The notes beneath the pieces were generated by a model that made no database searches, was not told the DNA's origin, and saw only the letters and a list, made by a program, of their open reading frames with translations. This document shows positions 22,464 to 35,482 of a DNA stretch of 64,000 bases, piece by piece; position 1 is the stretch's first letter, and each line of letters begins with the position of its first letter. The stretch comes from Strigamia acuminata (lineage: Eukaryota). The position numbers were made by a program, and so were the translations under genes. The stretch lies in assembly GCA_949358305.1 (NCBI GenBank), contig OX442314.1:27590001-27654000 (forward strand). The letters run 5' to 3'.

Positions 22464-22843
22464 AAATAAAAGAAAATGTGATAACATGGAGCGGAGGCCT
22501 TGTAAAATAAAAAGATTTACTTACGAGAGCTGCTGCACATGTTGAAACGCGAAAATTTGGCTAAGTCCAAACTTCGCAACGAATTGTCGCAGTCACCACT
22601 AACAGACGAGAAGTTATGACGTATCGGGCGACCACGTGACAATGAAACCACGCGGTCGACCCCGTAGCGTCATTGCCAGCACGGCGGATCTCGCAAAATA
22701 CGAGACGCGTTCGAGACCCACAATTCTCAGCGTCGATAGGCCCAGTTTCCGACTGTTTTTAACACGACGAGACGTGTTTTTGCTTCTCCCCCAAAGAGAA
22801 AGACAAAGACCTCTCAAACAAAACTTCATTTTCCTAAATTGAA

Positions 22844-25800
22844 ATGGCCGATCGACGCAACCCACGATTAGAGCCGAGCGCATCGTCGAGAGACGAGAGC
22901 GACGGCCTAATCGTAAATGCAGAAGACGATGAGAATTGGGACGAACAACCGCCGTTGCAGGTAAATTAGTGTGATTTCCCCAGAGAAATCACATAATTCT
23001 TTGAATCTGTTGCATCCAACCCAGATTGGAGCGTGACTTGTGACTGATATATTTCTTTCTGTTTTATTGTTGATTTAAGGCTGGCTAAAAACCCGAGAGT
23101 GGACCCAGATTCACCTCGGAGTCAAGGCCGCCAAAAAACTAGAACAAAGGAAGTGTTCGCGGAATGGCGTCGTGGCAAACCAAAACCAAAACTAAAGGTT
23201 TTCTTTCTTTTAAATTTAAACATCGTAATAAATTAAAATACGATTAGAGTTAAAATAAAAAAGTTTAACGTAAGAAATTAAAATTTAACGATCGGTTTTG
23301 CCTGCGACCCCTTCCAAAAAAGCGGATCACCTGAGTTCAAAAGTAGTGTTGGATCAGCGCTACGACGGCGGAGATCATCGCAGAACTGCGAAACAAGAAA
23401 ATAAGACCGACGGCCGCAACAAAAGAAAGGAGTTGCTGCCACCGTCGATCTTGAGCATATTTCTGATCCCCATCGTTAACTGGGATTTATTATATTAATC
23501 TTGTGATCTAAAATTATTCAGGTCGACCCGCTAGAATCGTGGGACGCCCTGCCTCCGACGGCGTCAACCGCCAACAACATCTTTCGCGGAGCCCTGCCGA
23601 TTTACCTGCGGCAGGCCTATCCTGCAGAGACCAGCGCCTGGAAAATCCGATTGATGTATTCCAGGACCCTCGAGGAAAAATTCGAGCGATCAAAAACGCT
23701 GGTCGAGTGCATGACGAAGGAGATGAGGGAGCGAGTGGGGCCGCGGATCCCACCCGATGCGGATCCGCCGAGCCCCGTTTACTCCGGGTACCTGGAAGAG
23801 GCTTACCCAGGCACGGTGGCCGAGCTGCACACCTCCCATAGGTGGAGCGAGGCCCCGACCTTGGCAGCCCGCCAGAGAATAGTGGACGACGAGATCAAAC
23901 GCTTAAAGCGCACCGAGACTCACGGAGTAACCCGAGTTCTCGAGAGAAACGGTTTCTCCCCCGAAGAAATCCGTAGATGGCTTCGCGACATCGAAGAAGA
24001 TCATCTGACACCCAGATGGATACCGCCGGCGAATTTTACGGCCACGCAGTCTGAGATGTGGCAGTTATACCACGCTGGTATCCTGGGAAGTCGCCGCCAT
24101 CACAGAAGATCGAAGCGTCCGGCGGAGTCCGCCCCACGCGGACCCGCACGAAGAAGACAGGCCGTCTCCCCAATAGAGGCCGGCCCGTCAACGAGCCGCG
24201 ACTACCGCAGCCGCTCGAGCAGCTCCAGTTCCCGAACTCGAGTTGTCGTGCGCTCGGAGTGTCGCCGAGTAGTAACGCTCGAGCCTGCCTCGCCAGACGA
24301 CGCGCGGGCTGAGCGAACAGTCGAATCTTCCGCCCACTGGGCTGCGAGGACCGAGACACACCAAGATCGAGGAAAGAAAAGATCCTCGTTGTTCATGGCG
24401 ATTACCACACAGTCGTCAGATCAATCCTCGTCGCGACGAACCGTCTCATCACACCAGAGACCGAATTCTCCGACGGACGTCCCCCAGAGGACGGCCCAAC
24501 GAAGATCCGTCGCAGCCAGCACCCGGAGGAATCGAAAGCGCAAAGTACGTCAGAAGTTGCGAGCACAATCCCTGATAGCTAAGGGATTAGAGAAGGAGCG
24601 AGAGATGGCCGCCGCGAAACGGTCCGAACCCCAGAGTCTCGGACCCACGGCTGGACCGTCCAGGCGCCAAGCAGAGATTGATTTGGGAGAGTTGACGGAA
24701 GAGCAAATGTCCCCAGATGAGTCGGACAAAGATGGGCCGGTTACAAAACAGGATCTGGCCGTAGCATTGAAGAACGCCTTCCGAGGATACGCGGCCAACC
24801 GGCCGTCGGGCTCAACACCGGCTGTGCCCACCGCGCTTGTGCCCCCACAAGTGCAATCGCGATGGCCGCCACTCCTCGAGGGTACAAACCCAGCCGTGAC
24901 CGCTTGGACTCCTCCCCGGATGATTCCGGTGGGGGATCCAGCTCCGAAGCGGGTCAGATACGATAATCTACCCGGGCTGGGCCGTCCACCGTCACCCCCA
25001 ACGCCACGAGTGTGTCGACCTTATCGCAACGCCGAATGGTACGCCCAGCGAGAGATGGACGCTCGATGCCGGCGTGAAGCGGCCTATCCCCCACTCAGCG
25101 AGCTACAAGAATATCTGGCCGAATACGAGAACCCCGCGATTGCCGAGTTGGCCATACGACAGGCCGACGCCGCCCAAACCCACCACATCAATTGGGCGAT
25201 CGAACAGATGCGGACGCTGTCACAACAATTCAGTGGCAATCCGGACCGCGCTCACCCCTGCCATCGGAGCAGTTTGAATTTGGCAGTGACGAACGTCATG
25301 GCCCAGCTGCTGTCCCTGGGCGTCTTCTTGGACAGTCGGCAGGCTATGGCGGCCTGGACAATCGTCGACCGTGAGGGAGTTCACCTTCCTCGGGCGTTGT
25401 ACCAGGTATGGGCCGGATGGACTCCTGAGCCCGCCTCGCTGCGCTTCGACCTGGCCAGGAATACGGAGAACCCAGGCCTGCAGTTTTCGAAGATGCGTTC
25501 GTTGGCATTCCGCTACCGGAACCCCGGAGTCCACCCTTCCTTGTTGCGAACAATTCGGGAGGCTCCGGAGATACCGGGAACGACAGCGAGCCTCCCACAG
25601 GCCATCGAGACCGCCCCCCCAGAGGCGGCGGTCCAACCATACATACCGACCCCAAAGCCGGTATTCCCAAAGGAGAAGCGGTATGCGAATCGACCCAAAT
25701 TGATTCCGAAGCGCTCCAACCGAGGACCGCGAACTCCTCCGCTGCCCTCTCCTTCGCCACCAGCGGCAGAGCTGGCCGCTCTTACAACAGAGCCGGCTAC

Positions 25801-26308
25801 GCCACCGTTGGAGAGTCCAATGGAGATTCCACTTCCTCCATCGCCTCCGCCGCCCCCAGCAGCGCAGCTTTATTTGAGGCTGGGAGTGGAATACCCCTTC
25901 CTTCAGATGTCGGAGTTCACGCGACAACGCATCATTGACTCCGATGATCACGGCGAGTCGGTCCTCAAATGGCTGAACAGAGAGGCCCGATCTACCATGG
26001 ACGCCGTCTTCCATCGCCGAATCTTGCGAGCCCACCGGAAACCCGGATCGAGCGCCGAGTCGCGAAGGATCCGGCTCGTTCCCGACCGATTCCCGGCATC
26101 CACCCGGATTTGGATCCACGAACGTACGGGACTGATTGGCGAGCCGGTCGGCGGTCACCCGCAGTACTTCATCAACGAGCGACAGAATCCTGCGGATCTG
26201 ACAACCTCTCTGCCCCCGGATTTACCACCGCCGCCCCCGGCAGTGCCACCAGTGATCCTCCGCCCATGCAGAGGAGTGCTGCCGGCTCTTCGCAGAGGAG
26301 AGCGATAA
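22844..26308 (+). CDS. Spliced accessory ORF3 of element A, unknown function, not Env (predicted exons 22844-22960 and 23522-26308; ~967 aa)
   Basis: ATG exon of 39 codons ending CAG|GTAAAT (phase 0); acceptor TTATTCAG| at 23521 is in frame with the 885-aa ORF; homologous to ORF3 of element C. Confidence 0.75.
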
Positions 26309-26352
26309 AATTGAGATCGCTCCGATCCGAGATCGAAGCTGGAGGAGGGACG

Positions 26353-27172
26353 TGTGGTGACCCAGTTGGATAAGTGTCCCCCCAGGGCGGATGCTTGTCC
26401 TCTGAGTCACTGTGATTGAAGAGTCGTTCCCCCCCGAGTTGGCTCCACCTCCCCATGGCAGGTGTGTGCCCCGAGGGGGAGGAAGCGGCTGATGGTCAGC
26501 CCCCATTGGTTGATCGCCGGCCCTTCACCCCACTGCATAAAAGGCTGTGTTTCCCGCCTAAAGTCAGAACTTACACAAACGACACCAAGAACACAGCAAC
26601 TACCTCACCGTCAGGCCAACTTCAACTACAAGTTAGGATTGATCGAGGATCGCTGAGTAAAGTGCAAACTGTAACTCTCACGAAGTCACTTGCGAGCTAT
26701 TCCTGCGAAAGCACGAGAATAGCCCTTGTGAAATCACCCAGAATAATCGCCCAGACGATTATTCGCCGAAGTAAGTGTCCGAGTGCTTTGTAGGGAACCC
26801 CAAAGTTCCTAGACGAGGCCTCTGCGACGCTAAACAAACCCTAGACAACAGGCACGGATAGAAGACTCGAAAGAGCATTCCACCGCGTCCGTGAAGACGA
26901 ATCCGTGACGAATTAACGACAACTCGAGACGCCGCCTTTGTTCCGCCGACCACGCGGAATCGACGACGCCATCTTGAGAAATCCTTTGTTCGACGCTGAC
27001 CACGTCGACTCTAGAATTATTACTGAGTGTATTTTAAAGGCATAAAGCCTGGTGAATAAATTACCTGTTTATTTACATACATTTAGTATTCATTTGGGTA
27101 TTTGCATAATTGATCACAGGTAAAGTATTACACGTTAGCGCTATTTAAACCTATACAAAGTAGGACGCGACA
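26353..27172 (+). repeat. 3' LTR of gypsy element A
   Basis: Direct repeat of 14306-15125, preceded by the PPT and followed by the TSD. Confidence 0.97.
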
Positions 27173-28949
27173 TGTTTTATTACATTTTATTGATTTTTAT
27201 TATATTTTATTGATTTTTATTATATTTTATTGATTTTTATTGCTTTTAATTACGTTTTATGAAGTTTTGTTGAGTTTTGTTAGATTTTATTAATTTTTGT
27301 TATTTGTTTTGCTTTCATCTCATCTGATTGCATCAATTGATTAAAAACGTTTACTCCGAGCTCCCAGGCATGTCCTTGGTCGACCAATTAAGTGACCCTC
27401 TGGTTCGGTGACGCGTGAAACCACTGCGAGGAAATTGTAGCAAAGCGAGAAAAAGAACGCGACATGTTTTTTAGCATTGGCGTCCTCCACTCTATAAAAT
27501 GCAAATCTAAAGAAGTGTGAGAACTTTGTTTGTTGTTTCCATTCTTTTTTATTTATTTACTTTTTTTTGGGTTTCGAGGTCGTCATTTTAGGTGATATTA
27601 TAATTGCGTTTTTCTTGCCGGTCTGATCCTTGATCTTAAAGTTAATATTTTGTTAATACGCGAATTTAGTGTTTTATAAAAGCAAAAAATGTGAGAAAAA
27701 TATTTTTAAAACATGATAAGTTTTCTCTCGGAAGGATGAGTCAGATGGGGCGCCTTTTTTTAGACGTTGTGTCAACTCGTCACCCAATAATCGGATCACA
27801 GATACATGCTCGTGACTCATCCAGGTGTGCTAATAATATCAAAGTATTTGTGTATGCATTGCGATGCGACGAAAGGTAAATATTAAAAAAGGGAACAAAA
27901 AGTGGACATAAAATAAGTTTAATGTGGTTTTTGGTGTATCTTGGGTTCTTCGGGGACCCAGTTAGAGTATTTATGACAAAGGGGCCCATAAATATTTAGA
28001 AAATAACAATTTTACACCTTTTTCAAGAAAAAAAATGAATTTGCAGGCAAAAACAATTTATAGAGGACCCAGAACTACATTCCTGCAGGAGTTGTTGTCG
28101 TTTATTGGTGTGTTTGCAATCAGTATTGGTCTGTGGTGAGAGAAGTAAGAAATGTGTCTGTGCGCATTGGGTTTTGTTGTATACATTGTTGATTCCCAGG
28201 GTTGTTTAAGCGCCGTGTCTTGATGGGAAATGTTTCCCATCGTGGCATTGTGAAGTTTAATTGTGAGCTTGTGGTTAGGTCGAGGGTTAGGCTAAGGTTT
28301 GCCAACAATCGAAGTTGGCACTTTAGTTGGGTAAAACAACCATAAAAATCTGTAGATGGAATACAAAGAAATGTATATGGCGGGGTAGCAACAATTGTTG
28401 GTTAAAAGAAGATGGAATTTGACACTTTTGTACTCTGTTCCTTGCTAACAACTACGATGAATTACAGTTTTGAAATATCAATATTTCATTAAAGTTTAAT
28501 GTCTTTAGTACGTTTCACTGCTGTTGAAAAATTGAAAAGAAACATTGCCTTGGAAACAAATTAATTTTTGAAGTTTTACAGCCTATAATCGTACTCAGTT
28601 CGTGTGAAAACAAGTTAAATTAAATTTAAAATTACGTTGCAAACATAAAAGTTAATTGAAAATATAATTTGTTTTCATCATCAGTATCATCGACGTTAAA
28701 AGTTACTTAGTTTTTTTATTTTTTAAAATTGATTTGTAGACAAAATGACCACTCCTAAGCCTTTGCGTATCCTCTGGACCTGTATCCGTCATTTCATGCG
28801 ACAATAAATACAAACTTCACTGTCAGGCAGAGAAAGTTTTCAATTTGTAAACAAAGTAATGAAAAAATACTGGAATCTTTCGTGTCGTTTATTTGGTGCG
28901 ACAACTTGGGAAGAATGATGCAGATGTTCGATTTAGAATGTCCCAGACA

Positions 28950-29670
28950 TTAGTTATTTATGAACTTTTGGTTGCAGTGCGCATATTCACATCCCAAAAG
29001 AAAAACGCAAAAAATTTGGGCGCAAAGAGCGACAGATTAACTTTTGTGGGATATTGCAATTGCAACACGACAAAATGTTCTCAGATGTTCTCAGATAAAT
29101 GGAGTGGACTACGAACGAGACTTTATTTTCTGTAGTCAGATACACTACATTACAACTGCTCTTGGTGATGGCAGTTGCAAATGACTGGGAAATTGACTAA
29201 ATGGACGCGGTCACCGCCTTTCTCCATGGACATGTAAAGAAAGAAATATTTTAGAAGCAGCCTGAAGGACTCGAGCTGACGACCAACTACTGGACCAACT
29301 ATATTGTCATTTGAAAAAGGTGCTTTATGAGTTGAAGCAAACAGGACTAGCGTGGTATGGACTTCTCGACAAAGGCCTGTTGGACGTAGGACTTACACGT
29401 TCCGATTTTGTCTGCTGTGTTTATTTCCTACGAGAAAAAGGAGGACTGATCATCGGAGCACTTTACGTTGACGATTTGCTTATCTTCTCTAGCGTTTAGG
29501 AGTTAAAAATTCGAATTAAAAATGCGCTTTCATCAAAGTTTCAGATGAAAGATTTCGAAGAAGTGCATTACTGTCTTGGAATTAAATTTTTGCGAGACCG
29601 GACCAAGAGGACCATCATTTTGGTTCAGTCAGGAAACATTAAGAAAATGCTGCAACGGTTTGGAAACACA
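28950..29670 (+). pseudogene. Decayed Ty1/copia pol fragment (post-integrase region and reverse transcriptase)
   Basis: LGAKSDRLTFVGY, *MDAVTAFLHG, LKKVLYELKQ...LYVDDLLI and MKDFEEVHYCLGI motifs interrupted by stops and deletions. Confidence 0.85.
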
Positions 29671-30975
29671 ATTGGTGTAGTAGTAAAATGGGATTGTTCA
29701 TTTTATAATGTTTTTATGTACACCTTTTAAAACCATTTTATTGCGTTTTTGTGTGTATCATCAGAGAGTTGGAGTGTTGTGATGTGATATTTCATGATGA
29801 TACTTTTGTAATAGCGCCACCTTATGCTCAGCAACTTTAACGTTAAATAAAATTGTAACGGCCTAACGGGACTTTTGTAGTAACCCTTACACGGCATGGT
29901 TTGATTTCGAGTCCCTCCCTACTTCATCCTACAATCTATGAAACTACATCAATTACGCTTCTACTAGTATATGCCTGGACCTTTTAAAATTGACATTGAA
30001 TATGTTCCATACGAGAAAGTGGACATCCTGAAGTAATGCCAATGACCCTATAGATTGATGTCAAAATACTAGGACAAAACACCAGTCCTAATACGCTTTT
30101 TATGATGCACAAGAGAAAATGTGAATTTGCCGATAATTTGCCAATAATTTTTTTAGGGCAAAACTGTATTACTTGAGATTAGGATGAAAATTGGCAATTA
30201 TACAAATACAAGAAGAGTTAATCTTTTTTGCTATATGTTTTTATATTTTTTAGATTTAAAGTCCGTCCAAAAAAGAAATATTCACACCCTCTTTCAACAC
30301 GAGCGAATCTAGAAAATGTTCAGGGGAAGAAGAGCCATTGCTGGAACCAAAATCGGGTGGAACTCCGGTGGAAAAACCAATATTGTTTTCAGTTTAAGCT
30401 TGTTGCCATTAACATTCCTATCTGTTTAGATGGCACAGGTGACCGGATAAAAGGTGCGGCAGGAAATATTATTTCGAAATTGAGCCCGAAATTGTGTTTT
30501 GCAAGCTGGAAATGAGTTAATAGTTTTTTAAATTCTTCACTTCTTTTCTGCGTGTGCTTTTTGCAACTTCCAATTAGTTGCCGAAATTTCATGAAAAATT
30601 GTTTACCATTCTCTTAAATTCTTCCTATAATCTTAAACTAAAAAAACTGAATAAATTTTTCAAAATCTATTCATCTATTCTACTTAAAACGAAAATTATT
30701 GCCCATTTTTTTGTACCGTTTTCCAAATTGCGTTTAAATTTTTTATTTTGATTTTCAGTCGACATTGAAAGTCAAATCTAATTAAATGTTTATTTATTGC
30801 GGTGCAAACATTTAAAAAAAATATTTATCCATCGTTTTAATTTCCTCTTTAATATCCTGTCTCGTTTTTTTGTAAGTGATTTCATCTCCTCCTTAACAAT
30901 TATTAATTCATTTCGAAGCCTCTGGCTTACTCCTCACAGAAATCTTAAATAGTTTCCCACACTCGCTAGTCAGTG

Positions 30976-32563
30976 TGTGACGGTTACACTGTCATACACT
31001 TGTTAGTTAGGACGTTTATTTTGTCAATAGATGGCGCTGATACGTTTTAGCGGCAATTTCAAATTTCGACAATTTTTGAGTGAATAAAATATAAATTACT
31101 ATTTATATTTTATTCCACTGCAACTTTATACACTTTTAAATACTTTTGGATGTTTAAATACTAGTTGATTTATTTGTCACATAATTCTATTGAATTATGT
31201 GCAAACTCTACACCTGGTGAAGTCACCCCCCATCACCCACTGTGAGTTGGACTCCTTTTGGATTATAGTCAAAGGGACTTAATCCAAAATGTGTCCTGCG
31301 TATCCAGTTCCTGTAGTGGACCTAGTAGAAGACTATGTCCTGAGTATCCACTTCCTATGATCTGGGATTGGATGGATTTGACTGCCCAGTGATCCCATTG
31401 GATCACTGAACAGCTATTCTCCTCACCGAGTATATATCCCCCTGCAAAACGGATATAGCTCGCTCTTGTTCTGTTTTTGTTTGATACTGATATTACTTGA
31501 GCACATATTATACTTCTCTGCGTTCCGACAATCCGTTGTAGAAATACCTTGTATTTAGTGTAAGTATCTAGAGTGGGTAGAAGACTCACAGACACACTGC
31601 CCGCCTCTTCATGCCAACATTCCGTTGTAGAAATGTAGTAACTAGAGTGAGTAATTCACAGACACATTTAAGTGTAGTATCTAGAGTGGGGTACAACCCA
31701 CAGACGCACTCCCTCCAGCTTCATGCCAACATTCCGTTGTAGAGTGCAGAATCTAGAGTGGAGTAAAATTCACAGACGCATTGGTAATGTAGAATCTAGA
31801 GTGGAGTATTTATATTTCACAGACGCATTATCAGAGTGATCGACGCGGAGTAATTTCCCGGTTACTCTCCCGCCAGCCAGGACCGAGTGGAGTAATTTCC
31901 CGGCGATGGATAACCTTTCCTGCGAGATATTTCGATTCAATTCGTTATTGGTTTGACGGAACATTTAAGTCTAACTTAGATGTTGATTGCACTCGGGGCA
32001 AAAAATAGCTCGGCGCTATTTTAATATATTTTACTTATTTTCATAGTTTTAGTTAAGTTTGTGACTCTAAAATATCATGATTAATTCCATAGAATTAATA
32101 TGAATATTTATTCTCACATTGTTACATCTCGCGGTAATTATTGATTACAACAATTATCTGCGATGCGATGTGTGTGACGATACAGAAAAGTCAACCGCAC
32201 CTCTCGGATATAACCCACCCAGCCTAACCATTTACACGCCTTTTAGAACCAAACCCCGGACCATTTAGAAGCCAAAGCCATTCATAGATGACATCTTTTA
32301 CGTCACAGCAATAAGACCGTTACAAATTCTTATTGCATGACTGAAGCCTTCAAATGATATTATTTCAGGGCTTTTGCCAAATAACTGTATAGTTTAACTT
32401 ATCGTCATTTTAGCCACTTGTAGGCATAGTATTTATATAAGGTTCAAACCGGAATAAATGTTATATGTTTTGAGAAAACATCAGGTTTGCATATTTTACA
32501 CTTTCACACAGATAGTTCACACTTTAGTTTAGCAATTGCTATCTCCAGAAGGTAATCGTCACA
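30976..32563 (+). repeat. 5' LTR of gypsy element B (internal TCTAGAGTG..CACAGAC tandem repeats at ~31525-31835)
   Basis: Direct repeat of 38673-40260. Confidence 0.96.
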
Positions 32564-33433
32564 CGTGGAGGTTCCACCGAGATAGGTTGCATTTTATTGA
32601 AGTGAACTCTGTGATCAAGTGTAAAATTGAAAAATGAATTTTCTTGATTATTTTATATAGATATTATAATTAGAAAATTTCCGATTTTTCTCTATAAATT
32701 TACTGTGAAATATTCATTTGTTTTCAAAAAATTCTCATTATCTTTTGGAAATATTTGAAGTCGAATTTTTGGATTATTTTGAAAACTCATTATAATTCCG
32801 AATTTCGTACAAAAAATCTATTTTGATTTTGTTGAGTTTCCCAGAATATTCGGCTATATTCTGGAAAATTTTGAAACCCTAAATTTCGATCAAAAAACGA
32901 TTTTGACCAGAATTTCTGCTAACGAAGGATAAAAAGTTAAAATATTTTATTTTACTGGTTGAAAACTTGACTAGTTTTCTATTGTTCTGTCAATGTTAGG
33001 AATTATGATTTTTAATCCCTGACAAGGTAAAGAATGTGCCAAAGAGAGCCACTCACGATGCAGCTCGGAGTAGGTCATCCAGATGTGACATTGTTGAGAA
33101 TTTCGGATTAGAAATTATCAGAAATTTTTCAACATCGCCAATCACAGCAGACTGTCTTGACAAAGGAGATTTTCCGGAAGCTAGTTTGACAACCAATATT
33201 CAGCCACACTTGCTTTTCGACAGTGCGACCATCCAGTTGTGCCTTTGTGACCAGTGCCCGTTTGGACCATTCTTGACCACGCAATAGGACAGTTTTTCCG
33301 AAGCCACTTCAGTTTCAGCAGCTAAGGTTGTATTTTTTCAAATTATTTCTTAGTTTAATATTAAGCGTGTTACATTTACGCTAGTTCAGTTAAAGTTTAT
33401 TTTTTCTTTTGTACGTGTATTTCTTTGAGTATT

Positions 33434-35482
33434 ATGGCCCGTAGACCTGTAAGAGTTCGTGGAACACGAGGAAATCGTGGAGCACGACGACGTGGTGGTA
33501 TGTGTGAAACACCAAGAGGAATTGTGGAGTCTGATTTAGAAAGCCAGGGGGAAGAAAATGTTCCTAGAGACGTTTCCAACCCAGGTAGTTCTCAAACGGA
33601 TCCACTATCCGTCCCGCATGATTTAGAGGTTTACTGTCGCCATTACCAATTGGAAGTGACGCAGTTTTCCTCTTTGTGTGAAGCTCAACAATACACGGCG
33701 AATAATCATCACGAGAGAAATCGTGCAATTACTCCCGATGTAGTTGTAACCAACGAACAAAGTGTTTCTGTAGATCGAACTGGCCCTCGTTCACCGGCCA
33801 CATATCGCTACCAGCAATTACCTGGATGGCGAATGAATGTTGCTCGTGACGGCCATGGACAGTTAAATTCTTCACTATCTGTTCAACCTTCGATTCAGTT
33901 ACCAGCTAGTTCTTGGCGATCGAATTCGGCCGAAAGAATGGGAAATTCCGGACAAGGAAATATTTCTGCGCCAATTTCCCGAAATTTGCCAAGTGCGACG
34001 GCAGTAAATAATAATTTACCCGCTCCCACTGGGAATTTGAATGATTCTTTCCGAGTTCCACAGCCTCGAACTAATCTGTCGGTCCTACCAAGGGGGAGAA
34101 ATGAAAATTATCAAAATTTTCAATCTCACACCCAAGCTGATGGAGATTTTAGGAATTATAGAAATTCCCGCTCTCAAGGTGGACGAGCTCCGCCGAGAAA
34201 TCAACGATTTCCCGGAGCTCCTGGTGACCCTCGTGACTCCGATCCTAACTCGAGTAGTGACGAATCTCACGCTGGTGGAGGGGGAAATTATAACAATAAT
34301 TTCCACCGACGTAATAATTCTCGTTCTCCTCCGCCACCTGATAGACGCCAAAATTTTCAAGGAGAGCCAAATCCGCCACCCAGAGACCAAGAAAGTCGGT
34401 CTATACCCAATTCGAACTCTGCTTCTAGTTTGTCAGACGAAAATGTAAAACAAATTATTCAGGGTTTAGTTGGTCAAATCCGAAGCCCGAGTAATCCCAG
34501 TCAGAATTTTGGAAAAGGAATCGAGATTCCTATTTTTGACGGGAAACAGACAGAGGTTGCGCGATTCCTTGAAATCGTCAAAGCTGTCGCACTCGGGAAA
34601 GGCATCCCTTTAGACGACATGGTACACACTGCTGTACCTGGACGACTATTAGGCCATGCACAACGTTGGTTCCATAAGCAACGCCATACTTTTAACAGTT
34701 GGCGAACTTTCGAAGCCTCTTTTCTCGATTGTTTCGACCTCGTTCCACTTACAAGAGAAAGGCGACTTCTTAATGTAAAACAACGAGCCGACGAGTCACT
34801 TTATAGTTTTCTTCTGCGTTATACGCAAGAACAAGGTGAAGTGCCGCCAGGTGATAAAACTGGACGCGCGCAATTATTCGACAATCTAACTCAAGAAAGT
34901 TTCACGGCGTTATGTACACAAGGAATGTATGGTAACTTTACAGTAGATGACATTCTACAATATGTAGGAGCAAATCGCTCTAAGTTTGAAAGTTCTCAAC
35001 TTGCAGCCAAATTGGAGTACGATAATCGAGAGAATCATCCTACTCCCAAGCTTCACGAAAAATCTAAGATTTTTCCATCCAAAACTTCACTACGTTTAAC
35101 GCAAACACAAGATGAAGTTGAAGATGAAGACGAGTCGGAAAATGACGACTCAACTGACGATGGTTCAATGGAGCGATTATTTGCCGCCCAGTATGAAAAG
35201 ACTACTGGAAAATGCTTTTTCTGTCACGAGCCTGGACATTTTAAAAGAGAATGTCCCGCTCTTGCCAAAAAATTAGCAGGGAAATCAGACTCGTTAAATA
35301 CAAATAAAAGATTTAACCACTCTGCTCCCAACCCCGAGTTTAAACGACCCAAACAAAATTGGGTTACGTCAGAAACTTTAGACTCCAAATTTACTGACTT
35401 CCAGAAAAACATGGTTGACCTGTTAATTAAGCATTTACCAGCAGCCACTGAGTCAGTCACTCCCGACGAGACAAAAAACTGA
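33434..35482 (+). CDS. gag: Gag of element B
   Basis: AQRWFHKQ..FNSWRTFEASFL capsid-like motif; CFFCHEPGHFKREC knuckle; first ATG at 33434. Confidence 0.9.
   Translation: MARRPVRVRGTRGNRGARRRGGMCETPRGIVESDLESQGEENVPRDVSNPGSSQTDPLSVPHDLEVYCRHYQLEVTQFSSLCEAQQYTANNHHERNRAITPDVVVTNEQSVSVDRTGPRSPATYRYQQLPGWRMNVARDGHGQLNSSLSVQPSIQLPASSWRSNSAERMGNSGQGNISAPISRNLPSATAVNNNLPAPTGNLNDSFRVPQPRTNLSVLPRGRNENYQNFQSHTQADGDFRNYRNSRSQGGRAPPRNQRFPGAPGDPRDSDPNSSSDESHAGGGGNYNNNFHRRNNSRSPPPPDRRQNFQGEPNPPPRDQESRSIPNSNSASSLSDENVKQIIQGLVGQIRSPSNPSQNFGKGIEIPIFDGKQTEVARFLEIVKAVALGKGIPLDDMVHTAVPGRLLGHAQRWFHKQRHTFNSWRTFEASFLDCFDLVPLTRERRLLNVKQRADESLYSFLLRYTQEQGEVPPGDKTGRAQLFDNLTQESFTALCTQGMYGNFTVDDILQYVGANRSKFESSQLAAKLEYDNRENHPTPKLHEKSKIFPSKTSLRLTQTQDEVEDEDESENDDSTDDGSMERLFAAQYEKTTGKCFFCHEPGHFKRECPALAKKLAGKSDSLNTNKRFNHSAPNPEFKRPKQNWVTSETLDSKFTDFQKNMVDLLIKHLPAATESVTPDETKN

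Larger units (their letters stand above)
14306..27172 (+). mobile_element. Full-length Ty3/gypsy LTR retrotransposon A (gag, pol, spliced ORF3)
   Basis: 820-bp LTRs at 14306-15125 and 26353-27172 (TG...CA); 4-bp TSD TGTT; tRNA-Pro-like PBS TGGGGGCCTGGCCGGGAT at 15128; PPT GGAGGAGGGA at 26341. Confidence 0.97.

Noticed and set aside
23651..26308. env gene call for ORF3
   Set aside because: No signal peptide or transmembrane anchor is visible; the protein is largely basic, Pro-rich and hydrophilic.
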